Shown here: positions 1 to 13,600 of the stretch, piece after piece | How the letters are laid out: the number at the start of each line of letters is the position of its first letter | How positions within the stretch are numbered: position 1 is the stretch's first letter | DNA from: Nemertoderma westbladi | Taxonomy: Eukaryota; Animalia; Xenacoelomorpha | Assembly (NCBI GenBank): GCA_032718475.1 | Contig: JAUCBJ010002418.1 | Location: 1-57,328 of the forward strand | Reading direction: 5' to 3' | Length of the DNA: 57,328 nucleotides | Notes under the pieces: model-generated | Told to the model about the DNA's origin: nothing | Databases searched by the model: none | What the model saw: the letters and a program-made list of their open reading frames with translations, nothing else | Position numbers and translations under genes: made by a program

Positions 1-1480
1 TCGAAAGAGTCAAATTGTCGAACAGGTCAAAATGTCGAAAGAGTCAAGTTGTCGAACAGCCATGTCAAATTATCGAAAAAGCTTTCGACACAGACATGCC
101 AAATTGTCGAAAGAGACATGCCAAATTGTCGAAAGAGACATGCCAAATTGTTAGAAATAGCCGGAAGCGTCCAATAGAAGCGTTCGATAGAGCCCTCCAA
201 TCTGTCGATATTAAGTACCAGGAGTATGGAGGACATGTAGCTGCCGAAATTAAGGGGAAACCATCTGCTGGGTACGGCTTCGTGTGCTGCTTCGAAACCG
301 AGTGCATGGTGTGGTGGGTGGAGAGCCCCATGTTTTAGGATACGCTCTGATGAAGGGACAATCGGAAGGAAGCTACATCAGGACGTTTACTGCTTTAAGA
401 TATAACATTTATCATCTTTGCGGTGAAGGTGGCAGAATTAATACAGCTAAGTGGCTTTTCGATTTCGAACTTGCAGTAATAAATGCTTGCAATATAGTTT
501 TCCCAATGGTGACCATGTTAGGTTGTGCTTTTCATTTCGCTAAGGCCATAAACGAGAAGCGAGACAGCCTTGGCCTCAAAGGTGTTTGTGTTGAAGATAC
601 AGCAGAGGGTAAAACTGTAGTAAAGTATTGGTTCAAAGAGAGTCGTTCTTTACCATTCCTTCCTGATGGGTATCGCTATCGGGTTGTCTATACTCTGATC
701 AATGAACAGCTACCAAACCTGTCCGCTTTAACAGCCAATAAAGTTTTCCAATATCGACAATATTTCATTGGATTTTGGCTTCGGCAGGATGTATTCATCA
801 GATGGGGACAGTTCGGAAATACCGGCCCTAGGACCAGCAACTTTGCTGAAGGTTTCCACAATGGGCTTCATTCCCGGCCCACCAGCCTCCATCCGTGCCT
901 TGGAGAGATCCTGGAATTTTTCCAGTTAAATCAACATACTTCCCAGCAGCGCATGAAGGCCTTGCTAGAACCGAATACTATTGCTGTTCCCAAACCAAAG
1001 TCTCCACATATCCAGATACGGGACCAACGCTTGGTTGAGGAGATGGGGCGATTCGCAAACTACATGGATTTATGACCTAATAACATTTATTATAATGACT
1101 GTAAGATGTACATGCGTTGTTTGATGGTCATTGGACTGGTACCCCAGGCTTTAGAGGGGTAATGCCCAATGGTCAGCTAGTCAAGATAACTCTTACTGTA
1201 TAGGCCTATATTGCCCATTGCTATTGAGATATTATACACAATTCGTTAGCCATATCAATTATCAGGTTTCCAATTTCTCAGGTTCAACAATTTAGTATCA
1301 AAATTCAAAAGTATCTAAAAAAGGATAAACGCCATATTGTCGAAAGGGGTGCGCCATATTGTCGAAAAAAAATTCGACATTTTGACATGCCCTAAAACTT
1401 TTTCGACAATTTTACTCTACTTTTCGACAATTTGTCTCTTTCGACATTTTGGCTCTTTCGACATTTTGACCATAAGCCTC
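1..1480 (+). mobile_element. Mutator-like (MULE) DNA transposon, internally deleted, with repeat-built (foldback-type) TIRs; left end is outside the window
   Basis: Tandem TGTCGAAA motifs at 1-150 are mirrored by TTTCGACA motifs at ~1370-1480 (GGTCAAAATGTCGAAAGAG at ~25-43 versus its reverse complement at ~1453-1471). They enclose a MULE transposase fragment. Confidence 0.75.
284..1162 (+). pseudogene. MULE DDE transposase fragment
   Basis: Motifs GYALM..SEGSY, FDFELAVINA (2nd D), GCAFHF (CxxH) and RTSNFAEGFH (E). The first catalytic D region is missing. The frame continues past the TGA at 1073-1075 to a TAA at 1162. Confidence 0.8.
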
Positions 1481-1672
1481 TAGTACGTAGCCCTAGTATA
1501 TATCAGACACGTTTCAGCCGCAACGGATTACAATAACGAAATGGGAGAAGGTTTTCACTTTCAGACATTCTAGCGGCAGACTTTAGAACTGTAGCGAAGG
1601 TGGTTCAGGTACAGAAAGACACAGGCGCAGCCAGGAGTCTAGTACATATCACCCGAAGGGCCAGTATTAATA

Positions 1673-4600
1673 CTGCCGTTGTTTGGCAATACACCCTAAT
1701 CAATTAGTTAAGGAATTGACCAATCAGAAGTAATATCCTTTGTCATTTAATATTTATTTACACTACTTAAATGTAACTCTGTCTGGTGGGAAATAAATTT
1801 TAGTTATTTTAATTTCACCTGGCGCAAATTAATTTACCCTATCTAGTTATATTGATTATTGTTAGGAATTTACTCTTTATTACAACCAACAATGTACTTA
1901 ACAGTCTTGTAAGTTTTAAGGGGAAATTGAGTTTGACAATAATGAGGAGGTAGAGAATCTGGATACGTTTTTTGGATTTATTATTACATCAGAAGGAGAA
2001 ATAGGAACTGGGAGAGATGGAGTAGTTGGACTCGGGCCTGGGATGGTGGAATAGTTGTTGGAGCTGGGGAAAGTGGAATGGTTGTTGGAACTGGGGAAAG
2101 TGGAATGGTTGTTGGAGCTGGGGAAAGTGGAATGGTTGCTGGAACTGGGGAAAGTGGAATGGTTGCTGGAACTGGGGAAAGTGGAATTGTTGTTGGAACT
2201 GGGGATGGTGGAATGGTTGTTGGAACTGGGGAAGGTGGAATAGTTGTTGGAGCTGGGGAAAGTGGAATGGTTGTTGGAACTGGGGAAAGTGGAATGGTTG
2301 TTGGAACTGGGGAAGGTGGAATGGTTGTTGGAACTGGAGAAGGTGGAATGGTTGTTGGAACTGGGGAAAGTGGAATGGTTGTTGGAACTGGGGAAGGTGG
2401 AATGGTTGTTGGAACTGGGGAAAGTGGAATGGTTGTTGGAACTGGGGAAAGTGGAATGGTTGTTGGAACTGGGGAAGGTGGAATGGTTGTTGGAACTGGG
2501 GAAGGTGGAATGGTTGTTGGAACTGGGGAAGGTGGAATGGTTGTTGGAACTGGGGAAGGTGGAATGGTTGTTGGAACTGGGGAAGGTGGAATGGTTGTTG
2601 GAACTGGGGAAGGTGGAATGGTTGTTGGAACTGGGGAAAGTGGAATGGTTGTTGGAACTGGGGAAGGTGGAATGGTTGTTGGAGCTGGGGAAAGTGGAAT
2701 GGTTGCTGGAACTGGGGAAAGTGGAATGGTTGTTGGAACTGGGGGAGGTGGAATAGTTGTTGGAGCTGGGGATGGTGGAATGGTTGTTGGAACTGGGGAA
2801 GGTGGAATAGTTGTTGGAGCTGGGGAAAGTGGAATGGTTGTTGGAGCTGGGGAAAGTGGAATGGTTGCTGGAACTGGGGGAGGTGGAATGGTTGTTGGAG
2901 CTGGGGAAAGTGGAATGGTTGTTGGAACTGGGAAAGGTGGAATGGTTGTTGGAACTGGGGAAGGTGGAATGGTTGCTGGAACTGGGGAAAGTGGAATGGT
3001 TGTTGGAACTGGGGGAGGTGGAATAGTTGTTGGAGCTGGGGATGGTGGAATGGTTGTTGGAACTGGGGAAGGTGGAATAGTTGTTGGAGCTGGGGAAAGT
3101 GGAATGGTTGTTGGAACTGGGGAAAGTGGAATGGTTGTTGGAACTGGGGAAGGTGGAATGGTTGTTGGAACTGGGGGAGGTGGAATGGTTGTTGGAGCTG
3201 GGGAAAGTGGAATGGTTGTTGGAACTGGGAAAGGTGGAATGGTTGTTGGAACTGGGGAAAGTGGAATGGTTGTTGGAACTGGGGGAGGTGGAATAGTTGT
3301 TGGAGCTGGGGATGGTGGAATGGTTGTTGGAACTGGGGAAGGTGGAATAGTTGTTGGAGCTGGGGAAAGTGGAATGGTTGTTGGAACTGGGGAAAGTGGA
3401 ATGGTTGTTGGAACTGGGGAAGGTGGAGTGGTTGTTGGAACTGGAGAAGGTGGAATGGTTGTTGGAACTGGGGAAAGTGGAATGGTTGTTGGAACTGGGG
3501 AAGGTGGAATGGTTGTTGGAACTGGGTACGGTGGAATGGTGGCTGGAGCTGGGGAAGGTGGAATAGTTGTTGGAACTGGGGAAAGTGGAATGGTTGTTGG
3601 AACTGGGGATGGTGGAATGGTTGTTGGAACTGGGGAGGGTGGAATGGTTGTTGGAACTGGGGAAAGTGGAATGGTTGTTGGAACTGGGGAAGGTGGAATG
3701 GTTGTTGGAACTGGGGAAAGTGGAATGGTTGTTGGAACTGGGGAAGGTGGAATGGTTGTTGGAACTGGGGAAAGTGGAATTGTTGTTGGAACTGGGGAAA
3801 GTGGAATGGTTGTTGGAACTGGGGAAAGTGGAATGGTTGTTGGAACTGGGGAAAGTGGAATGGTTGTTGGAACTGGGGAAAGTGGAATGGTTGTTGGAAC
3901 TGGGGAAAGTGGAATGGTTGTTGGAACTGGGGAAAGTGGAATGGTTGTTGGAACTGGGGAAGGTGGAATGGTTGTTGGAACTGGGGAAGGTGGAATGGTT
4001 GTTGGAACTGGGGAAAGTGGAATGGTTGCTGGAACTGGGGAAAGTGGAATGGTTGTTGGAACTGGGTACGGTGGAATGGTGGCTGGAGCTGGGGATGGTG
4101 GAATGGTTGTTGGAACTGGGGAGGGTGGAATGGTTGTTGGAACTGGGGAAAGTGGAATGGTTGTTGGAACTGGGGAAAGTGGAATGGTTGTTGGAACTGG
4201 GGAAGGTGGAATGGTTGTTGGAACTGGGGAAGGTGGAATGGTTGTTGGAACTGGGGAAAGTGGAATGGTTGTTGGAACTGGGGAAGGTGAAATGGTTGTT
4301 GGAACTGGGGAAGGTGGAATGGTTGTTGGAACTGGGGAAAGTGGAATGGTTGCTGGAACTGGGGAAAGTGGAATGGTTGTTGGAACTGGGTACGGTGGAA
4401 TGGTGGCTGGAGCTGGGGATGGTGGAATGGTTGTTGGAACTGGGGAGGGTGGAATGGTTGTTGGAACTGGGGAAAGTGGAATGGTTGTTGGAACTGGGGA
4501 AAGTGGAATGGTTGTTGGAACTGGGGAAGGTGGAATGGTTGTTGGAACTGGGGAAGGTGGAATAGTTGTTGGAGCTGGGGAAAGTGGAATGGTTGTTGGA

Positions 4601-7600
4601 ACTGGGGAAAGTGGAATGGTTGTTGGAACTGGGGAAGGTGGAATGGTTGTTGGAACTGGAGAAGGTGGAATGGTTGTTGGAACTGGGGAAAGTGGAATGG
4701 TTGTTGGAACTGGGGAAGGTGGAATGGTTGTTGGAACTGGGGAAAGTGGAATGGTTGTTGGAACTGGGGAAGGTGGAATGGTTGTTGGAGCTGGGGAAAG
4801 TGGAATGGTTGTTGGAACTGGGGAAGGTGGAGTGGTTGTTGGAACTGGGGGAGGTGGAATGGTTGTTGGAACTGGGGGAGGTGGAATGGTTGTTGGAACT
4901 GGGGAAGGTGGAATGGTTGTTGGAACTGGGGATGGTGGAATGGTTGCTGGAACTGGGGTAGGTGGAATGGTTGTTGGAACTGGGGATGGTGGAATGGTTG
5001 TTGGAACTGGGGAGGGTGGAATGGTTGTTGGAACTGGGGAAAGTGGAATGGTTGTTGGAACTGGGGAAAGTGGAATGGTTGTTGGAACTGGGGAAGGTGG
5101 AATGGTTGTTGGAACTGGGGGAGGTGGAGTGGTTGTTGGAACTGGGGAAGGTGGAGATGTGGTTGGAACTGGGGGAGGTGGAATGGTTGTTGGAACTGGG
5201 GAAAGTGGAATGGTTGTTGGAACTGGGGAAAGTGGAATGGTTGTTGGAACTGGGGAAGGTGGAATGGTTGTTGGAACTGGGAAAGGTGGAATGGTTGTTG
5301 GAACTGGGGAAGGTGGAATAGTTGTTGGAGCTGGGGAAAGTGGAATGGTTGTTGGAACTGGGGAAAGTGGAATGGTTGTTGGAACTGGGGAAGGTGGAAT
5401 GGTTGTTGGAACTGGAGAAGGTGGAATGGTTGTTGGAACTGGGGAAAGTGGAATGGTTGTTGGAACTGGGGAAGGTGGAATGGTTGTTGGAACTGGGGAA
5501 AGTGGAATGGTTGTTGGAACTGGGGAAGGTGGAATGGTTGTTGGAGCTGGGGAAAGTGGAATGGTTGTTGGAACTGGGGAAGGTGGAATGGTTGTTGGAA
5601 CTGGGGAAAGTGGAATGGTTGTTGGAACTGGGGAAAGTGGAATGGTTGTTGGAACTGGGGAAAGTGGAATGGTTGTTGGAGCTGGGGAAAGTGGAATGGT
5701 TGTTGGAACTGGGGAAGGTGGAATGGTTGTTGGAACTGGGGAAAGTGGAATGGTTGTTGGAACTGGGGAAAGTGGAATGGTTGTTGGAACTGGGGAAGGT
5801 GGAATGGTTGTTGGAACTGGGGAAAGTGGAATGGTTGTTGGAACTGGGGAAAGTGGAATGGTTGTTGGAGCTGGGGAAAGTGGAATGGTTGTTGGAACTG
5901 GGAAAGGTGGAATGGTTGTTGGAACTGGGGAAGGTGGAATAGTTGTTGGAGCTGGGGAAAGTGGAATGGTTGTTGGAACTGGGGAAAGTGGAATGGTTGT
6001 TGGAACTGGGGAAGGTGGAATGGTTGTTGGAACTGGGGAAGGTGGAATGGTTGTTGGAACTGGAGAAGGTGGAATGGTTGTTGGAACTGGGGAAAGTGGA
6101 ATGGTTGTTGGAACTGGGGAAGGTGGAATGGTTGTTGGAACTGGGAAAGGTGGAATGGTTGTTGGAGCTGGGGAAAGTGGAATGGTTGTTGGAACTGGGG
6201 AAAGTGGAATGGTTGTTGGAACTGGAGAAAGTGGAATGGTTGTTGGAACTGGGGAAGGTGGAATGGTTGTTGGAACTGGGGAAGGTGGAATAGTTGTTGG
6301 AACTGGGGAAAGTGGAATGGTTGTTGGAACTGGGGAAGGTGGAATGGTTGTTGGAACTGGGGAAGGTGGAATAGTTGTTGGAGCTGGGGAAAGTGGAATG
6401 GTTGTTGGAACTGGGGAAGGTGGAATGGTTGTTGGAACTGGAGAAGGTGGAATGGTTGTTGGAACTGGGGAAAGTGGAATGGTTGTTGGAACTGGGGATG
6501 GTGGAATAGTTGTTGGAACTGGGGAAAGTGGAATGGTTGTTGGAACTGGGGAAAGTGGAATGGTTGTTGGAACTGGGGAAGGTGGAATGGTTGTTGGAAC
6601 TGGGGAAAGTGGAATGGTTGTTGGAACTGGGGGAGGTGGAATAGTTGTTGGAGCTGGGGATGGTGGAATGGTTGTTGGAACTGGGGAAGGTGGAATAGTT
6701 GTTGGAGCTGGGGAAAGTGGAATGGTTGTTGGAACTGGGGAAAGTGGAATGGTTGTTGGAACTGGGGAAGGTGGAATGGTTGTTGGAACTGGAGAAGGTG
6801 GAATGGTTGTTGGAACTGGGGAAAGTGGAATGGTTGTTGGAACTGGGGAAGGTGGAATGGTTGTTGGAACTGGGTACGGTGGAATGGTGGCTGGAGCTGG
6901 GGATGGTGGAATGGTTGTTGGAACTGGGGAGGGTGGAATGGTTGTTGGAACTGGGGAAGGTGGAATGGTTGTTGGAACTGGGGAAGGTGGAATGGTTGTT
7001 GGAACTGGGAAAGGTGGAATGGTTGTTGGAACTGGGGAAGGTGGAATGGTTGCTGGAACTGGGGAAAGTGGAATGGTTGTTGGAACTGGGGGAGGTGGAA
7101 TAGTTGTTGGAGCTGGGGATGGTGGAATGGTTGTTGGAACTGGGGAAGGTGGAATGGTTGTTGGAACTGGGGAAGGTGGAATGGTTGTTGGAACTGGGGA
7201 AAGTGGAATGGTTGTTGGAACTGGGGGAGGTGGAATAGTTGTTGGAGCTGGGGATGGTGGAATGGTTGTTGGAACTGGGGAAGGTGGAATAGTTGTTGGA
7301 GCTGGGGAAAGTGGAATGGTTGTTGGAACTGGGGAAAGTGGAATGGTTGTTGGAACTGGGGAAGGTGGAATGGTTGTTGGAACTGGAGAAGGTGGAATGG
7401 TTGTTGGAACTGGGGAAAGTGGAATGGTTGTTGGAACTGGGGAAGGTGGAATGGTTGTTGGAACTGGGTACGGTGGAATGGTGGCTGGAGCTGGGGATGG
7501 TGGAATGGTTGTTGGAACTGGGGAGGGTGGAATGGTTGTTGGAACTGGGGAAGGTGGAATGGTTGTTGGAACTGGGGAAGGTGGAATGGTTGTTGGAACT

Positions 7601-10600
7601 GGGAAAGGTGGAATGGTTGTTGGAACTGGGGAAGGTGGAATGGTTGCTGGAACTGGGGAAAGTGGAATGGTTGTTGGAACTGGGGGAGGTGGAATAGTTG
7701 TTGGAGCTGGGGATGGTGGAATGGTTGTTGGAACTGGGGAAGGTGGAATAGTTGTTAGAGCTGGGGAAAGTGGAATGGTTGTTGGAACTGGGGAAAGTGG
7801 AATGGTTGTTGGAACTGGGGAAGGTGGAATGGTTGTTGGAACTGGAGAAGGTGGAATGGTTGTTGGAACTGGGGAAAGTGGAATGGTTGTTGGAACTGGG
7901 GAAGGTGGAATGGTTGTTGGAACTGGGTACGGTGGAATGGTGGCTGGAGCTGGGGATGGTGGAATGGTTGTTGGAACTGGGGAGGGTGGAATGGTTGTTG
8001 GAACTGGGGAAAGTGGAATGGTTGTTGGAACTGGGGAAGGTGGAATGGTTGTTGGGACTGGAGAAGGTGGAGTGGTTGTTGGAGCTGGGGAAAGTGGAAT
8101 GGTTGCTGGAACTGGGGAAAGTGGAATGGTTGTTGGAACTGGGGAAGGTGGAATGGTTGTTGGAACTGGGGAAAGTGGAATGGTTGTTGGAACTGGGGAA
8201 AGTGGAATGGTTGTTGGAGCTGGGGAAAGTGGAATGGTTGCTGGAATTGGGGAAAGTGGAATGGTTGTTGGAACTGGGGAAGGTGGAATGGTTGTTGGAA
8301 CTGGGGAAGGTGGAATGGTTGTTGGAACTGGGGAAGGTGGAATGGTTGTTGGAACTGGGGAAAGTGGAATGGTTGCTGGAACTGGGGAAAGTGGAATGGT
8401 TGTTGGAACTGGGTACGGTGGAATGGTGGCTGGAGCTGGGGATGGTGGAATGGTTGTTGGAACTGGGGAGGGTGGAATGGTTGTTGGAACTGGGGAAAGT
8501 GGAATGGTTGTTGGAACTGGGGAAAGTGGAATGGTTGTTGGAGCTGGGGAAAGTGGAATGGTTGCTGGAACTGGGGAAAGTGGAATGGTTGTTGGAACTG
8601 GGGAAGGTGGAATGGTTGTTGGAACTGGGGAAGGTGGAATGGTTGTTGGAACTGGGGAAGGTGGAATGGTTGTTGGAACTGGGGAAGGTGGAATGGTTGT
8701 TGGAACTGGGGAAAGTGGAATGGTTGCTGGAACTGGGGAAAGTGGAATGGTTGTTGGAACTGGGTACGGTGGAATGGTGGCTGGAGCTGGGGATGGTGGA
8801 ATGGTTGTTGGAACTGGGGAAAGTGGAATGGTTGTTGGAACTGGGGAAGGTGGAATGGTTGTTGGAACTGGGGAAGGTGGAATGGTTGTTGGAACTGGGG
8901 AAGGTGGAATGGTTGTTGGAACTGGGGAGGGTGGAATGGTTGTTGGAACTGGGGAAGGTGGAATGGTTGTTGGAACTGGGGAAGGTGGAATGGTTGTTGG
9001 AACTGGGGAAGGTGGAATGGTTGTTGGGACTGGGGAGGGTGGAATGGTTGTTGGAACTGGGGAAAGTGGAATGGTTGTTGGAACTGGGGAAGGTGGAATG
9101 GTTGTTGGAACTGGGGAAGGTGGAATGGTTGTTGGAACTGGGGGAGGTGGAGTGGTTGTTGGAACTGGGGAAGGTGGAATGGTTGCTGGAACTGGGGAGG
9201 GTGGAATGGTTGTTGGAACTGGGGAAGGTGGAATGGTTGTTGGAACTGGGGAAAGTGGAATGGTTGTTGGAACTGGGGAAGGTGGAATGGTTGTTGGAAC
9301 TGGGTACGGTGGAATGGTGGCTGGAGCTGGGGATGGTGGAATGGTTGTTGGAACTGGGGAGGGTGGAATGGTTGTTGGAACTGGGGAAAGTGGAATGGTT
9401 GTTGGAACTGGGGAAAGTGGAATGGTTGTTGGAACTGGGGAAGGTGGAATGGTTGTTGGAACTGGGGGAGGTGGAGTGGTTGTTGGAACTGGGGAAGGTG
9501 GAGATGTGGTTGGAACTGGGGGAGGTGGAATGGTTGTTGGAACTGGGGAAAGTGGAATGGTTGTTGGAACTGGGGAAGGTGGAATGGTTGTTGGAACTGG
9601 GGAAAGTGGAATGGTTGTTGGAACTGGGGAAGGTGGAATGGTTGTTGGAACTGGGGAAGGTGGAATGGTTGTTGGAACTGGGTACGGTGGAATGGTGGCT
9701 GGAGCTGGGGATGGTGGAATGGTTGTTGGAACTGGGGAGGGTGGAATGGTTGTTGGAACTGGGGAAAGTGGAATGGTTGTTGGAACTGGGGAAAGTGGAA
9801 TGGTTGTTGGAACTGGGGAAGGTGGAATGGTTGTTGGAACTGGGGGAGGTGGAGTGGTTGTTGGAACTGGGGAAGGTGGAGATGTGGTTGGAACTGGGGG
9901 AGGTGGAATGGTTGTTGGAACTGGGGAAAGTGGAATGGTTGTTGGAACTGGGGATGGTGGAGATGGGGTTGGAACTGGGGGAGGTGGAATGGTTGTTGGA
10001 ACTGGGGAGGGTGGAATGGTTGTTGGAACTGGGGAAAGTGGAATGGTTGTTGGAACTGGGGAAGGTGGAATGGTTGTTGGAACTGGGGAGGGTGGAATGG
10101 TTGTTGGAACTGGGGAAAGTGGAATGGTTGTTGGAACTGGGGATGGTGGAATGGTTGTTGGAACTGGGGAAAGTGGAATGGTTGTTGGAACTGGGGAAGG
10201 TGGAATGGTTGTTGGAACTGGGGAAAGTGGAATGGTTGTTGGAACTGGGGAAGGTGGAATGGTTGTTGGAACTGGGTACGGTGGAATGGTGGCTGGAGCT
10301 GGGGATGGTGGAATGGTTGTTGGAACTGGGGAGGGTGGAATGGTTGTTGGAACTGGGGAAAGTGGAATGGTTGTTGGAACTGGGGAAAGTGGAATGGTTG
10401 TTGGAACTGGGGAAGGTGGAATGGTTGTTGGAACTGGGGGAGGTGGAGTGGTTGTTGGAACTGGGGAAGGTGGAGATGTGGTTGGAACTGGGGGAGGTGG
10501 AATGGTTGTTGGAACTGGGGAAAGTGGAATGGTTGTTGGAACTGGGGAAGGTGGAATGGTTGCTGGAACTGGGGAAAGTGGAATGGTTGTTGGAACTGGG

Positions 10601-13600
10601 GATGGTGGAATGGTTGTTGGAACTGGAGAAAGTGGAATGGTTGTTGGAACTGGGGATGGTGGAATGGTTGTTGGAACTGGAGAAAGTGGAATGGTTGTTG
10701 GAACTGGGGAAGGTGGAATGGTTGTTGGAACTGGGGAAAGTGGAATGGTTGTTGGAACTGGGGGAGGTGGAATGGTTGTTGGAGCTGGGGAAAGTGGAAT
10801 GGTTGTTGGAACTGGGAAAGGTGGAATGGTTGTTGGAACTGGGGAAAGTGGAATGGTTGTTGGAACTGGGGAAAGTGGAATGGTTGTTGGAACTGGGGAA
10901 GGTGGAATGGTTGTTGGAACTGGGGATGGTGGAATGGTTGTTGGAACTGGGGAAAGTGGAATGGTTGTTGGAACTGGGGAAAGTGGAATGGTTGTTGGAA
11001 CTGGGGAAGGTGGAATGGTTGTTGGAACTGGGGGAGGTGGAGTGGTTGTTGGAACTGGGGAAGGTGGAGATGTGGTTGGAACTGGGGGAGGTGGAATGGT
11101 TGTTGGAACTGGGGAAGGTGGAGATGTGGTTGGAACTGGGGGAGGTGGAATGGTTGTTGGAACTGGGGAAGGTGGAATGGTTGTTGGAACTGGGGAAAGT
11201 GGAATGGTTGTTGGAACTGGGGGAGGTGGAATGGTTGTTGGAGCTGGGGAAAGTGGAATGTTTGTTGGAACTGGGAAAGGTGGAATGGTTGTTGGAACTG
11301 GGGAAAGTGGAATGGTTGTTGGAACTGGGGAAAGTGGAATGGTTGTTGGAACTGGGGAAGGTGGAATGGTTGTTGGAACTGGGGGAGGTGGAGTGGTTGT
11401 TGGAACTGGGGAAGGTGGAGATGTGGTTGGAACTGGGGGAGGTGGAATGGTTGTTGGAACTGGGGAAAGTGGAATGGTTGTTGGAACTGGGGAAAGTGGA
11501 ATGGTTGTTGGAACTGGGGAAGGTGGAATGGTCGTTGGAACTGGGGAAGGTGGAATGGTTGTTGGAACTGGGGAAGGTGGAATAGTTGTTGGAGCTGGGG
11601 AAAGTGGAATGGTTGTTGGAACTGGGGAAAGTGGAATGGTTGTTGGAACTGGGGAAGGTGGAATGGTTGTTGGAACTGGAGAAGGTGGAATGGTTGTTGG
11701 AACTGGGGAAGGTGGAATGGTTGTTGGAACTGGGGAAGGTGGAATGGTTGTTGGAACTGGGGAAGGTGGAATGGTTGTTGGAACTGGGGAAAGTGGAATG
11801 GTTGTTGGAACTGGGGAAGGTGGAATGGTTGTTGGAACTGGGAAAGGTGGAATGGTTGTTGGAACTGGGGAAGGTGGAATAGTTGTTGGAGCTGGGGAAA
11901 GTGGAATGGTTGTTGGAACTGGGGAAAGTGGAATGGTTGTTGGAACTGGGGAAGGTGGAATGGTTGTTGGAACTGGGGAAGGTGGGATGGTTGTTGGAAC
12001 TGGAGAAGGTGGAATGGTTGTTGGAACTGGGGAAAGTGGAATGGTTGTTGGAACTGGGGAAGGTGGAATGGTTGTTGGAACTGGGAAAGGTGGAATGGTT
12101 GTTGGAGCTGGGGAAAGTGGAATGGTTGTTGGAACTGGGGAAAGTGGAATGGTTGTTGGAACTGGAGAAAGTGGAATGGTTGTTGGAACTGGGGAAGGTG
12201 GAATGGTTGTTGGAACTGGGGAAGGTGGAATAGTTGTTGGAACTGGGGAAAGTGGAATGGTTGTTGGAACTGGGGAAGGTGGAATGGTTGTTGGAACTGG
12301 GGAAAGTGGAATGGTTGTTGGAACTGGGGGAGGTGGAATAGTTGTTGGAACTGGGGAAGGTGGAATAGTTGTTGGAACTGGGGAAGGTGGAATGGTTGTT
12401 GGAACTGGGGAAGGTGGAATAGTTGTTGGAGCTGGGGAAAGTGGAATGGTTGTTGGAACTGGGGAAGGTGGAATGGTTGTTGGAACTGGGGAAAGTGGAA
12501 TGGTTGTTGGAACTGGGGAAGGTGGAATGGTTGTTGGAACTGGGGAAGGTGGAATGGTTGTTGGAACTGGAGAAGGTGGAATGGTTGTTGGAACTGGGGA
12601 AAGTGGAATGGTTGTTGGAACTGGGGAAGGTGGAATGGTTGTTGGAACTGGGAAAGGTGGAATGGTTGTTGGAACTGGGGAAAGTGGAATGGTTGTTGGA
12701 ACTGGGGAAAGTGGAATGGTTGTTGGAACTGGGGAAGGTGGAATGGTTGTTGGAACTGGAGAAGGTGGAATGGTTGTTGGAACTGGGGAAGGTGGAATGG
12801 TTGCTGGAACTGGGGAAAGTGGAATGGTTGTTGGAACTGGGGGAGGTGGAATGGTTGTTGGAACTGGGGATGGTGGAATGGTTGTTGGAGCTGGGGATGG
12901 TGGAATGGTTGTTGGAACTGGGGAAGGTGGAATAGTTATTGGAGCTGGGGAAAGTGGAATGGTTGCTGGAACTGGGGAAAGTGGAATGGTTGTTGGAACT
13001 GGGGAAGGTGGAATGGTTGCTGGAACTGGGGAAAGTGGAATGGTTGTTGGAACTGGGGATGGTGGAATGGTTGTTGGAGCTGGGGATGGTGGAATGGTTG
13101 TTGGAACTGGGGAAGGTGGAATAGTTGTTGGAGCTGGGGAAAGTGGAATGGTTGCTGGAACTGGGGAAAGTGGAATGGTTGTTGGAACTGGGGAAGGTGG
13201 AATGGTTGCTGGAACTGGGGAAAGTGGAATGGTTGTTGGAACTGGGGAAAGTGGAATGGTTGTTGGAACTGGGGAAGGTGGAATGGTTGTTGGAACTGGG
13301 GAAGGTGGAATGGTTGTTGGAACTGGAGAAGGTGGAATGGTTGTTGGAACTGGGGAAGGTGGAATGGTTGCTGGAACTGGGGAAGGTGGAATGGTTGTTG
13401 GAACTGGGGAAGGTGGAATGGTTGCTGGAACTGGGGATGGTGGAATGGTTGTTGGAACTGGGGGAGGTGGAATGGTTGTTGGAACTGGGGATGGTGGAAT
13501 GGTTGCTGGAACTGGGGAAGGTGGAATGGTTGTTGGAACTGGGGGAGGTGGAATGGTTGCTGGAACTGGGGAAAGTGGAATGGTTGTTGGAACTGGGGAA

